Below are positions 38,161 to 51,044 of a stretch of DNA of 64,000 nucleotides, in pieces (positions within the stretch are counted from its first letter, which is position 1; the number at the start of each line of letters is the position of its first letter). This stretch comes from Octopus sinensis (Eukaryota). The DNA lies in assembly GCF_006345805.1 (NCBI RefSeq), contig NC_043018.1:22816001-22880000 (forward strand). Direction: 5' to 3'. The notes below the pieces were generated by a model, which did not search any database, had not been told where the DNA came from, and saw only the letters and a list, made by a program, of their open reading frames with translations. The translations under genes were made by a program, and so were the position numbers.

Positions 38161-38255
38161 TCTCTGGACTATGCATAGTTTCGGCAAACTTTAGTAAACA
38201 AATTAATTAAATTAAATTAAATTTATTTACAACTGGCATGCCTCGTCAGCAGAGA
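38161..38255 (-). ncRNA. Type I hammerhead ribozyme (inverted copy)
   Basis: Reverse complement reads TCTCTG CTGACGA GGCA...TGCC GAAA CTATGCATAG TC CAGAGA; all core nucleotides intact. Confidence 0.85.
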
Positions 38256-38578
38256 AGCCAAGGACGAGTATATATCCACGAGGCGATGGTAAGGAAGCCT
38301 CAAGTCTATATGCTATAAATTTTCAAAATCTACCGCAATCGCGCGGTCTTCTCAGCAGTAAATATAAACTGCTGATTTAATTTCAAAATTAGCCAAAAAG
38401 TTTTTTGCTACCCTTATATTTATTAATTAATGATTTTTTGGCTAATTTTGAAATTAAATCAGCAGTTTATATTTACTGCTGAGAAGACCACGCGATTGTG
38501 GTAGATTTTGAAAATTTATAGCATATAGACTTGAGGCTTCCTTACCATCGCCTCGTGGATATATGTTCGTCCTTGGCT

Positions 38579-38673
38579 TCTCTGCTGACGAGGCACGCCA
38601 GTTGTAAATAAATTTAATTTAATTTAATTAATTTGTTTACTAAAGTTTGCCGAAACTATGCATAGTCCAGAGA
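38579..38673 (+). ncRNA. Type I hammerhead ribozyme
   Basis: Stem I TCTCTG/CAGAGA, core CTGACGA (38585-38591), stem II GGCA/TGCC with long AU hairpin, GAAA (38652-38655), palindromic stem III CTATGCATAG, GUC cleavage after C38667. Confidence 0.87.
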
Positions 38674-38896
38674 TGAAAGGGGTAAATGTTTTTATTTCTC
38701 TTTCAATTTCAGAATTACAATTATTAGCGGTTTGAGTTTGGCTGCTCTTTCTAGTGAGTCGAATGTCCTATTATGGCCATTCCTTATATTTTTGAATGTA
38801 TATTATATAGTCTTTGACTATCTTTTCTTTCTCACTGGACCGCTGGTAGCGGAGAATTTTTTCAAGAATTTTTTGCTACCCTTATATTTATTAATA

Positions 38897-38934
<38 letters not shown>

Positions 38935-40283
38935 GCCAGCAGCTATAACAGAATTTTACATCTGCTGGCATGGGTTGGACTTTTTTGTTGAGATGATATT
39001 TTATTGCCAGCTGTCCTGTTTTCCAGGTATTCTTAAAACTAGGATACTTCTACATTTAGACACCCCTTGTGTGTGTGTGTGTGTGATGTACATGGCTGTA
39101 GGTGTATGTTTATATCTGTACATAAGTGCCTCTGTGTGAGAACATCGGTAAGTGTGTATGTGTAAGTGTTAGTGAGTGAGATGGAGTGTTGGTGAGTCTG
39201 TGTGTGATACACATTAGTCTAGGTATGTATCTCTATATAAATGTGTGTGTGTGTGCACATGAGTGTGTTTGTGCATATGTGTGAATGTGTATGTGATATA
39301 TTTGAGAGTAGGTATATATTTCTTTCTCTATGTAAGTGTGTGTGTATATGTGTGTGAAAGAGTGAGAAAGAGAAGAGAATATTGGAGAGTGTATCTATGT
39401 GTGTAAACAATTACATAAAAACCAATTAGTGAGAGGCTAATTATATTAAAAGATCATAACACGATGTTGCAATTAACAGAAGAAATGTACAACATCGTTT
39501 AATTGTTGAATCAGAAGTAAAACACATTAACAAATATTATGAAGAATGTCTCTGTTAATTAACAGAAGAAAATTAAATACCAGTGCTACTGTGTTACTCT
39601 ATGAGTGATATAAGTGACTAATTAGATAATTAGTGAACAGATCAAAGATACACTGGATTTTCGATCATAGACAGTATAACATTTCTATATTCATTTCTTT
39701 ACTACCCACAAGGGGCTAAAAACACAGAGGGGACAAACAAGGACAGACATTTGGGATTAAGTCGATTACATCGACTCCAGTGCCTAACTGGTACTTAATT
39801 TATTGACCCCGAAAGGATGAAAGGCAAAGTCGACCTTGGCGGAATTTGAACTCGGAATGTAACGACAGACAAAATATGGCTACGCATTTCGCCCGGCGTG
39901 CTAACGTTTCCGCCAGCTCACCACCTTTAACATTTCTATATTGTTAAGGATTATGCTTATGGTTAAGTTGTGTATAAGAAAATCTCTGGCCATCCTTAGG
40001 TCTCTTTTTGCAACCATAAGTCTTCTACGTTTCTGAAAGTATATAGAAGTAAAACTAGATGTGGTAAATAGTATGTTTTACTGGGTTTTGAAACTGGATG
40101 GTAAAAATTCCTATGATTAGCACCCACCTACATGTTTAGCAATGGATTAAAATTATTATTTTTTTTTGTGTGTGTGTGTATGTTAGAAAATTTGGGTTGG
40201 TCATGTGATAGATTATTATCTTTAAATTAGGTATGGAGCTATTTTGTAACTTTTATGAACGACTATTTGTTGAGATTCCTGTT

Positions 40284-40367
40284 CATCCTGATGAGGGGGT
40301 CATTGCCGAGATACACCTTAACTCATAATCAAACCATGGCAGTGAACTCCCGAAATGGCCAAAGATG
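40284..40367 (+). ncRNA. Type I hammerhead-like motif, probably inactivated
   Basis: CATC CTGATGA GGGGGTCATTGCC...GGCAGTGAACTCCC GAAA TGGCCA AA GATG: stem I 4 bp, stem II 13 bp with one bulge, palindromic stem III, but U16.1 is A. Confidence 0.65.
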
Positions 40368-41328
40368 TGTTTTGACTTGATTTTGTGGAATTCTCTTGAT
40401 TAGGTCACATGAGTGCAGTGTTAAGTTCTAAGTGCACCAAATCTGCAATCAGGTTTTTGAAGTTCATTGGAACTGCATTCTTCAACTTTTGTCCCTTTGG
40501 TCGCTACCTGGAGTTCTTGGATGTCTTGCTTAAAGATAACCATTGTCTATTCTCTTTGTTGCTAATATTCAAGAGGCCGAAATTCTGGTTTGAGGAATAT
40601 GTCCTCTGTTCTGTTTTGGAAGAATGCCAGCACTGCATGACTGGCACGTAAAAGGCACCATGATTTTTATGAAATGAACTTTTTTGACATATTTTTGAGG
40701 GGAGTAAAAACATTTTTTTAGTCGATTGATATTTTTATTTATATTTTTAGTCACATGACACGCTTTAGTAATTCATTTGGATTGCTTTATTTTTAGTTGA
40801 TTGTATATACCTTCTCGATGGGACGTTCTATATATTTGTATTTTCATTTGCATATATGTATTTTTCACCTTCTTTTTTTTTTTATATATGTATTCATTTT
40901 ATATGTGGAAGGCCATGGAAATATTTATATATGATCAAATGTATGGACGCATAGTGTTCTATAAAGTCGACTTGAATTTGATGTTTGTTCTATAATCAAT
41001 GTTTTATATGTGTGTGTATGTATGTATATATGTACATATATATATATTGAAAGAGAGAGAGTATATAGATAATGGAGAAATATTGATCAACAACAATTGA
41101 CTTAGATTAATTATTATTTTTTAATTCAATACAAATAGACTGCATCCCATCTGACAGCTGTTTCCACTTGGTGTGTTACATGGTATTGCCGCTGATATTC
41201 TAAAAATAATATTCATCATATTTGGTAATAAATCTGATCTGAAGCATGGAGCTTCATCAGAATATGTACACCAGCATGGCCACAGTCAAATGACTGAAAC
41301 AAGTAAAAGATATGTATGTATGTATGTG

Positions 41329-41361
<33 letters not shown>

Positions 41362-41364
41362 AGT

Positions 41365-41695
41365 TAGTTAGTTAATTTTTTTGGCTCAAAAAGCAAAAAA
41401 GCAAGGCCATGTAGGGGGACATGGAGTTATGTACAGGGTGGTGTTCATGTAAAGAGTTCAGGCCACTTGTGGTCAAGGGAGACTTTGAACCGAGCGGTCG
41501 TCGGCATCTTCACCATCTCGTCCGGCAGCTTATTCCACGGATCCGCAACCCGGACGGAGAAAGCCCCTCTCCTTCGATTGAGATGAAATCGTCGCAGATA
41601 GAGCTTTTCGGAATGACCCCACAGCCGACGCTCTGAAGCAGGAGTGAAGAACAGCTCCTTCGAGAGGTTACATTTTCCGCTTATGATGTTGTGAG
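41365..41695 (-). mobile_element. CR1/L2-clade LINE 3' end
   Basis: AHNIISGKCNLSKELFFTPASERRLWGHSEKLYLRRFHLNRRRGAFSVRVADPWNKLP; same family on + at 57748-58068. Confidence 0.85.
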
Positions 41696-42089
41696 CAAGT
41701 ATATATATATATATATATACATATCTTTTACTTGTTTCAATCATTTAACTGTGGCCATGCTGGAGCACTGCTTTAGAGGGATTATTTTAGTCAAAGAAAT
41801 CGACCCCAGGACTTTTACTTTGTAAGCCTATTACTCATTCCATCTGTCTCTTTTACTGAGCCACTAAGTTACAGGGACGTAAATACACCAACATCAGTTA
41901 TCAAGCAATGTGGGGGTGACAAACACAGACACAAAGACACACACACAGGCGCACACACACATACACACACACACAGGCGCACACACATATACGACAATCT
42001 TCGTTTCAGTTTCCACCTACCAAATCCACTCGCAAGGCTTTGGTCAGTCTGAGGCTATAGTAGAAGACACTTGCCCAAGGTGCCAAGCT

Positions 42090-42172
<83 letters not shown>

Positions 42173-42772
42173 ATTATGTATGTATAACATACACACACAC
42201 ACACACACGACAGGAGGTATTAGTTGATCCAAAGTTCCAGAGCTAGAGAAGAAGACCTTTGCCCAAAATGCTGTGCAATGTAGCTTCACCCAAAACCACA
42301 TTGTTTTGCAAGGCAAGTTTCTGAACCACACACCCACGCTTGCACCTATGTGTACACCACCAATTATACAGCCAAACCTCTTATACACACACACACACAA
42401 GTAGTACAACAAAGCTTACCTTATTAGCACCGAAACGTACAGCAAATACTGTGCCACACAGGTCATGTTTATTCATTGTGCACATGATGTCTCAGTTTTC
42501 ATTATTTTCTTGACAAATCTAATTTGTTCCTCGTTAACAAATACACATTTTGTCGCTTCTCAGTTATGCTAAATAATACACATTTGTGTGTATTTAAATT
42601 GGTAATTTAGTCAACAAAACATTAGACACGGGATACCTTTTTGATTAGTTAAGGCGTCCAGGTTTTTGACAAAGACCACAATAGCAGTAACAATAACATT
42701 TGCTTTCATCGTTTTCGTATGAATTTGTGTTTTCTTTTTTTTCAGGTATTGTCATGCTTCTTGATTTACACT

Positions 42773-42819
<47 letters not shown>

Positions 42820-42887
42820 CATATACATTATATATGTATAATTTATATACATACATATGTATGCATGTATGTATGTATATGTATATA

Positions 42888-42924
<37 letters not shown>

Positions 42925-43190
42925 ATATATATATAAACATATATATGCATATATAGACACATATATATATGTGTGTGTATATATATATATATATATAATA
43001 TATGTATGTATGTATATATGTATATATATACACACACACACACACACACATATTTATACATATACATGTCTTGCAAACAATTTGCACATGCAAGTGCTAC
43101 CAGTTAAAAGCTCCGTATACCTTTTAACATATATATGCATATATATATATACCTACATGCATACATATATATATATGTATACATATACAC

Positions 43191-43221
<31 letters not shown>

Positions 43222-43320
43222 CACACATACATATATATGCATATACATACATACATATGTATCTTTGTATATATGTATATATATATATATGTATCTGTGT
43301 GTGTGTGTATGTGTGTATAC

Positions 43321-43351
<31 letters not shown>

Positions 43352-43379
43352 GCAGAGTAAGACAAATCTTTCTTCTTCC

Positions 43380-43415
<36 letters not shown>

Positions 43416-43417
43416 CG
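42773..43417. repeat. Large compound (TA)n/(CA)n/(TG)n microsatellite field
   Basis: Direct reading; source of many spurious YI/HT/VC ORFs. Confidence 0.95.
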
Positions 43418-44238
43418 TCGAATAAACATTGTTGAATAAACTATACTTGAGAAGACAGACCTGTTGGAATCAAGAGCAATCATTGTCGTGGCCGATGCCA
43501 GCACTGCATGACTGGCGCGTAAAAGGCACCATTCAAGTGTCATCGATGCCAGTGCCATGCTGGTGACACGTAAAAAGCACCATCGAGTGTGGTCGTTGCC
43601 AGTACCAATGCCGGTGGTACGTAAAAAGCACCCACTACACTCTCGGAGTGGTTGGCATTCGGAAAGGCATCCAGCTGAAGAAACTTTGCCAGATTGGAGC
43701 TTGGTGCAAGCTTCTGGCTTGCCAGTCGTCAGTCGAACCATCCAACCCATGCCAGCACGGAAAGCGGACGTTAAACGATGATGATGATGATGATATATAC
43801 ATATATGTATGTATGTAAGTATGTATGTATGTATACATACATCTGTATTTATGTATATGTATGAATTTACCTGTTCAACAGGCACTGCCATTGCCCCCAA
43901 ATAACCTTATTCCCCTCCCTCAATTTGATCTCAACCACCACCACTATACCACCACCACCACCACCACCAACAACAACAACACTCCACTTAAAAAATGTTG
44001 ACTAATTGGCAATTAATATATTTATGTATTTATCTGCCAGCTTTAACTTCACTCTTTGTCATAGTAAAAAGTTAAGTATAATGAACAAACCTTTTGAAGT
44101 TGTGGCTGTAAATAAAATGCTTAAGGTGGGAGTTTGTAAAAAGATTTCCATTTGTTTTTTAACAGATTTTGACCTTTAAAAATGGAACATTGTAAATATG
44201 CAAAGCTTTTTCATCTTTTAAGATCAAAACAAATATAC

Positions 44239-44285
<47 letters not shown>

Positions 44286-44289
<4 letters not shown>

Positions 44290-44487
44290 AAGTTAATCCA
44301 AACAAGAAAACATAGAAAAAAACACAGCAACGCGAGGACGTGGAACAAATAAGGTATTATTGGACGCTCAGGGAAGAAGGAGGGTTTAACGTTTCGAATG
44401 GAGCTCTTCGTCGGAAACATAGGAGAAGGAAAGATCCCGAGAAGGGAAGACAGGAAAAAAAATCGACAGCGGTACTCATAAGGTCAC
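44286..44487 (-). mobile_element. Second copy of (TA)n-inserted element with minimal hammerhead-like motif
   Basis: Homologous to 183-384; motif at 44384-44418 (minus): GTTT CCGACGA A GAGC TCC ATTC GAAA CG TT AAAC. Confidence 0.65.
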
Positions 44488-46314
44488 ATATATATATACA
44501 TAGATAGATAAGTAGACAGATAGATAGATAAATGGACAGACAGATAGATAGAGAGATACATACACGCATAGGTGCAGGAGTGACTGTGTGGTAAGTAGCT
44601 TGCTTACCAACCACATGGTTCCAGCTTCAGTTCCACTGTGTGGCACCTTGGGCAAGTGTCTTCTGCTATAGCCTCGGGCCGACCAAAGCCTTGTAAGAGG
44701 ATTTGTTAAACAGAAACTGAAAGAAGCCTGTTGTATGTGTGTGTGAATGTGTACATTTGTGTGTTGTGTTTGTTCCCCCAACATCGCTTGACAACCGATG
44801 CTCATGTGTTTACATCCCCGTAACTTAGCGGTTAGGCAAAAGGACCAATAAATCAAAGGAGTCCATAAGTAAAAAATGGTTGAGGACCCCTGATCTGAAT
44901 AAAGGGTTCCATCACAAACTTCAAATGGACTTGGTTTTGATATGGGTACCAACATGCAACCTAATCAAAATTTCCAAACACTCATTTAACCAATTCTAAA
45001 AAACCATGACATTTAGACCAACATCAATATGTATACCACCTTGAAAATTAATATTCAGAATCATCTTTATTAACCTTTAAGGTAAGCTAATTAATATTTC
45101 AGCATGTGATAAAGGTGGCGAGCTGGCAGAAATGCTAGTATGCTGGGTGAAATGCTCAGCGGTATTTTGCGTCTTTACATTCTGAGTTCGAATTCCATCG
45201 AGGTCGACTTTGCATTTTTTTCCTTTTTGAGGGTCGATAAATTAAATAACAGTTGTGTACTGGGGTCGATCTAATCGGCTGGCCCCCACCCTCAAAATTT
45301 TGGGTCTTGTGCCTAGAGTAGAAAAGAATATTTCAGCATGTCGTAAAGGTGGCAAGCTGGAAGAATCATTAGCATGGTCTGAGTTCAAATTCCACCAAGG
45401 CTGATTTTGCTTTTCGTTCTTTTGCGGGATCAATAAAATAAGTACCAGCTAAACACTGGGGTGGATGTAATCAACTTAAACCCTCTCCAGATCTGCTACC
45501 TTTGTGACAAAATTTGAAACCAATATTTTAGTACATCGCCTTGGTCATAAAGAAATAACGGAAATCAATATTTCAAAATTGATTTTTTTTATTGTTTTTT
45601 TTTAGGTCTTTTATTTGACTTATTGATGAATTCTGGTTCTTTCTTTTATTTGTTTCAGTTATTTGGCTGTGGCCATGCTGGAGCATCACTTTTAGTCAAA
45701 CAAATCAACTCTAGGAATCATTCTTTGTAAGCCTAGTACTTATTCTATTGGTCTCTTCTGCCAAACTGCTAAGTTACAGGGATGTAAACAGACCGATGTC
45801 GGTTGTCAAGCAATGGTGTGTGTGTGTGTGGGGGGGGGACAAATACAGGCGCACAAACATATACACACATATATATATATCTAATATATAAAATAGAGAT
45901 GTGTGTGTATTCACTTTTCACATGAAAACAGCCTCACCAATTGCTTCCATCCTTGTGATGCAAGAATAATTTGACCTCAGATACATGTTAGGCTCCCTCT
46001 GCTAATATACAATATATATACGATGGGCTTCTTGCAGTTTCCGTCCACCATATCCACTCACAAGGCTTTGGTCAGCTCGAGGCTATAGTAGAAGACACAT
46101 GCCTGTGGTGCCATGCAGTGGGACTGAACCCAGAACCATTAGACTTTCAGAAAATTGCTTGTTGACAATTCTCATATTTGTAGGGTTATGTAGAATTATT
46201 TCACTAGTTTCAATGATTTGACAGTGGCCATGCTGGAGCACAATGTTTTCAGTTAATCATAAAGTTCGTGTACATGAATATGTGTGTGTGTTTAATGAAA
46301 GAAAAGAACATATT

Positions 46315-46698
46315 CTCTCTTTACTCTTTTACTTGTCTCAGTCATTTGACTGTGGCCATGCTGGAGCACTGCCTTTAGCCGAGCAACTCGACCCCGGGAC
46401 TTATTCTTTGTAAGCCCAGTACTTATTCTATCGGTCTCTTCTGCCGAACCGCTAAGTGACGGGGACATAAACACACCAGCATCGGTTGTCAAGCAATGCT
46501 AGGGGGACAAACACAGACACACATATATATATATACATATATACGACAGGATTCTTTCAGTTTCCGTCTACCAAATCCACTCACAAGGCATTGGTCGGCC
46601 CGGGGCTATAGCAGAAGACACTTGCCCAAGGTGTCACGCAGTGGGACTGAACCCGGAACCATGTGGTTGGTTAGCAAGCTACTTACCACACAGCCACT
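46315..46698 (-). mobile_element. SINE family A
   Basis: Near-complete reverse-complement copy. Confidence 0.88.
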
Positions 46699-47132
46699 GA
46701 AGACAGTTATCAGAGATATTAACTATGGAAAGTTGGGATGGTCATAGCAAGATTGTATTTGATCATTATTTAGACTAAAAAAAACTGCAAGTCAGTACTT
46801 GGGAAACAAAATATCAGGCATGTATTGCTGTTTAGCCCCAGGTCAGTCCTTATCGAGCCGATCTATGATCAAAAGCATTCCAGCCGTGACCTTCTCATCT
46901 TTTTACTTTCTGAAGGAAACCTAGAAATCTACTAAACAAATTCCATCTGAGGCATCGTACGCTTGGAAAAAATGATGTTGAAAGCAGAGACACATTGCTA
47001 GAACTAAGACGATGGCAAAACTAACACCAAACGTGTCATTTACAAATAGTCTTTTACTAGTCTCAGACAATCAGCTGTGAATGCGCTGAAGACTGGTTAC
47101 CATTGGTGCTGGTGCTTTTATTTGGCTCTTTA

Positions 47133-47605
47133 AATAATAATAATAAAACATTGAGTACAGTGCTCAGGTGCACTACAACTCATCTAAAGTGTATGTATAA
47201 TCAGGTGTAGTTTCGGCAGATTTCGGAAAGCATGAGGGCCTTAAAGGATGCAGTGTCATGGCAGTCAACAACTGACGCAGGCAGTTTATTCCATGCTTCA
47301 GCAACTCTGAGCGTGAAAAAATGTTTCCGAAAGTCATGGGAGCTGTGTTGTTTTCTGACTTTGTAGGCATGTCCACGTGTGTTAGACACATGGAGATCAA
47401 AAAGGTGTTCAGAGTTGTTGTTGGTGAGGTGGTTGATAACTTTGTGGGTGTTTACCAAGTCCGTCGCCAGACGCCGGAGCTTCAGTGAATCCATGCCCAG
47501 GGAAACAAGGCGCTCAGAATATGGTAGGTGTATGATGGAGGGTATGCGTTTGGTTGCACGTCTCTGGACAGATTCCAGGAGGTCAATGTTCTGAGCAAGA
47601 TAGGT
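47133..47605 (-). mobile_element. CR1-clade LINE 3' end
   Basis: LLESVQRRATKRIP...YSERLVSLGMDSLKLRRLATDLVNTHKVI...NTRGHAYKV...FFTLRVAEAWNKLP; same family on + at 51045-51533. Confidence 0.88.
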
Positions 47606-50259
47606 CTAAGCAGCAGAGAATGTCCTAATTAGGTGCTCATAGTCTTCTTCCTGCAGCTTTTCTCATGGCTGGTCCTTCCTATGTTTGGCAAGCAAGATCT
47701 GTAAGCAAGGAAGGTGCTGCAGGGCTGTGGTACGTCGTCCTTCTCTCTTTGGCATTTTGCTATGAGGGCCAGGATGTTTTTCTTTCTGGAGCCGTTTAAC
47801 TCCTAAAAGCTTCTTATTTATGTTTACGTAAAAATAAATGAGTAAAAAAAAAAAAATAACAAAATTCAATTAACAACAAGATAAAAAAAAATTTATTTTG
47901 TTTCTGTTTGTTTTTTCTTTTTTTTTTGTATCTGCAATAAATTTGATTATTTTTATACAAATAAGCTTTGATGATATATAAACATTTATACAACATAAGG
48001 GATTGGTTTTTGTGATTGCGTCTTTGGTGATAATATATATAAACATACAACATAGAGACTTCATTTTGTTTTTGCAATTTATATATAATAATTTCATTGT
48101 AGACTAGTTAATATTTAACAAATTCATTTTATAATAATAAACAATTGTATTAATCTTGAAAACAAAAATAAAATGGAAAAAAAAAATGATAAAAAAAATA
48201 TGTAAGGAATGTCTTCAGCATATAAATTCTTTGCTCTTTTTTGTTCCTTTTAAATAACAAAATGTAACTGCCATATTTCAACTTGATTTAGAAAAATAAG
48301 GAAAAATTGAAAATAAAATAAAATCTAAAAAAAAAAAAATGTTTAATTGCAGACATGACTCGTTAAGGTCATTTAATTTTGAAAGACATTCTTCAAGTTG
48401 ATGGAAGTTCATGGCTAAGGGAAAACACTGGATTCTTAGCAAATAGATTTACACACACGAGTGATATATGAGCGATTATATGCATTATATATATATATAT
48501 ACATACATATAATGCATATAACTTCTGTAATAGACATTATATGTACATATACATGTATAACATATATACATACATAACATACAAAACACACACACATACA
48601 TATATACATAAATATATATAGACATACATATACATGTTTATTAAACAAGCTTCCGTTTTTATTTTAAGGAAACAAAAAAAGAGAAAGTTTAATGGAGTTG
48701 CAAATGGCTGTATGCGTGTGCATGAGTGTGTGTTCGTGAATAAAAAGCCAAAAGCCAAAAACCAATACAGACTACACTTGTAAAAATGCAAGCTTTCGTT
48801 CGATCATGCAGGTGGACATCTTCAGAGAAAATAAATGTGTAACAAGTCATCACATGTTCACAATGAGCATGAGCTTAGTTTCACAGCATAGAGGTGTGTA
48901 GGAGAGGAGGGGGGAGAAGCAGACAGCTGTTTCTTCAAAAAGTTAGCAACAAATTTAGGACAGCACCAAATGTTGGTTGGCTGGTTACAAATATATGTGT
49001 GTGTGTGTATATATATATATGTGTGTATATGTATATATATATAGCATAAACAACAAGGAAAGCATTCATAAGAAGAAAAAAAAAACACTGAAGTAACCAA
49101 CTGGGAATTGAAACTCTGTATAATATTTTGTTTCATCACCACATGCAAATTTATTTAAACTATTCCCATGGTAATACTGTATGTAACCTTAACCTTTTAG
49201 CATTTAAAATGGCTGTATCCAGCCCAAATATTCTGTTTTTTTATTCACACCAGCCAGATCTAGCCTCTAACACCTACCCCAGCAATGTCATTCTAAGAAT
49301 AAACAATCACATCATCGAAATCTCAAAGTTACAAGGTAAAGCAGGATTAATTTAAAAGAGTGGGAATAAATACGTGTTAGATTTGACAAAGTAATCTGAC
49401 AACTAACTTGACCCTTTCGCACTTAAACTGGCCAAATCTGGCTCAAATATTTTGCATGTTTTATTAAGTAAAATAAGCATTTGCTGAAAACATCAAGGAA
49501 AGAGGGTGCACCACAGAAATGGTAACGGGTTTATGGCACAAAAGAAATCACTTTTAACACTTTAGTATTTAATCTGGCCATATTCAGCCCAAATATTCTA
49601 CCTGTTTTATGTTCAAACTGGGCCAGATCCAGCCTGCAATGTCATTCTGAAAGTCAACAATGACATCGCTGAAATCCTGAAGCTACAAGATAATGCATGA
49701 TTAATTGAAATGTGAATAAATAAGCATTATGCTTGACAAAAACAGATAGTAGCCTTATGCATTACAAGCGATCTCTATGTGGGAGTATAGGGACAGCTTG
49801 ATGAAGTCCATACCGTTGAGGTTTGGTTTGAGTGACTCTTCAATGACCGAGTCACTCCTTGTTTCACTCAAGGATTAATTCGATGGAGGTCTTGTCTATA
49901 TAGGGCTTTCTTATTTCTTTCGGTATCTCTTTCTCTTTAGCTGCCACACATACATTTCATACATACATACATGATGCAAATTCTACTCATTGGTGATTAG
50001 CCTAAGATTAAGCAGTGATGGATATAGGTTTAGATTTAAACAAAGCAACTTATGCATTCAAAGAGTGTGTTTGTTAGTGTGTATAATGAAAGCTGGTAAA
50101 ACTCCTGTCTATATTCCATGGAGGATTCAATACGAAGATATGGATCCAAATTCTATGAAGTACTCATGCTTTTAGCTTCTCTAATACACACAGGTACATA
50201 CTTGTGTATATGTGTGCACACAGACATGCACATATATAAGCATATATAATTATATAAAC

Positions 50260-50460
50260 ATAATTATAATAATGAGGGCACTGATGAATAGCACCACATG
50301 CTAGAAATAGATACCAAATGGCTCTAAGAACTACAGTTATTCCATTAGCAGGGACTGAAATCCGTGCTAATGGAGTAAATAATTGTAGTTCTTAGAGCCA
50401 TTTGGCATCTATTTCTAGCATGTGGCGCTATCCATCAGTGCTCTCATTATTATAATTATA
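50260..50460. repeat. Inverted repeat (~95-bp arms, ~8-nt loop) downstream of SNAPIN stop
   Basis: taattataataatgagggcactgatg...tccattagca vs tgctaatgga...catcagtgctctcattattataatta. Confidence 0.9.
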
Positions 50461-50888
50461 TATACTTGTATTAATTGTTACCTGTATGGGTTATTACTTG
50501 ATAAAATCTTATATAGATTTTATCCTTGGTCATTAAATATATATATATATATATATATATCATTGTATTGTAATAATATATTTTTATATGTATATATGTG
50601 TGTGTATATTTTATATATATATATATACACACACACATTATAACAGTCTGACTCAGCGTCATATGACAAACTTCCGTGGGTAGATTGGAGACATCCATCT
50701 CATCAAATGTATTGAGTACTTCTTTCTTCTATTTGTTCATTCACTCATGTGTGTGTGTGTGTATGTGTATGTGTGTGTGTGTGTATGTGTGTGTGTATAT
50801 ATATATATATAGATAAATAAAATTTTGCATTTTACATGTGTGTATTTATGTATGTAAGTGTGCATGTATAGAATATATGGGTCTCTTT

Positions 50889-50981
50889 CTATTTTGGTTT
50901 TCCAGGAGAGGGTGGATCAAGTAACGCCTTCCTGCGTGCTGTTTCTTTTGAGACATTGTTGTGGAGTTTGTTGAGTCGTTC
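50889..50981 (-). CDS. SNAPIN: SNAPIN (BLOC-1/BORC subunit) exon 4, to stop
   Basis: Acceptor tttttccag|; ERLNKLHNNVSKETARRKALLDPPSPGKPK*, matching the SNAPIN C-terminal ERL..L...V.KETARR motif. Confidence 0.92.
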   Translation of the reverse strand, partial: ERLNKLHNNVSKETARRKALLDPPSPGKPK

Positions 50982-51044
50982 CTGGAAAAAAAAGAAACAC
51001 AAAACAGAGAAATTAGTATCATCGTTATCATCAGCATCATCATT

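Larger units (their letters stand above)
38037..38895. mobile_element. Penelope pLTR-like / retrozyme-like element in inverted arrangement, inserted in (TA)n
   Basis: Arms 38037-38399 and 38435-38797 with about 6 mismatches; hammerhead in each arm; terminal 27-mer repeated at the palindrome centre. Confidence 0.75.

Noticed and set aside
47630-47800. Possible exon on minus strand
   Set aside because: One frame ends in a degenerate Cys/His motif (CSTFLAYRSCLPNIGRTSHEKSC) resembling an RTE C-terminus; too weak to call.
49830-49857. Hairpin GAGTGACTC-N10-GAGTCACTC near a TGATGAAGTCC motif
   Set aside because: No GAAA/UH partner for a hammerhead and no SECIS geometry; isolated 9-bp stem.
50277-50325. 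CTGATGA-A-TAGC...GCTA-GAAA hammerhead-like motif in the left arm
   Set aside because: No stem III/UH, and the other arm has CTGATGG; likely coincidental.
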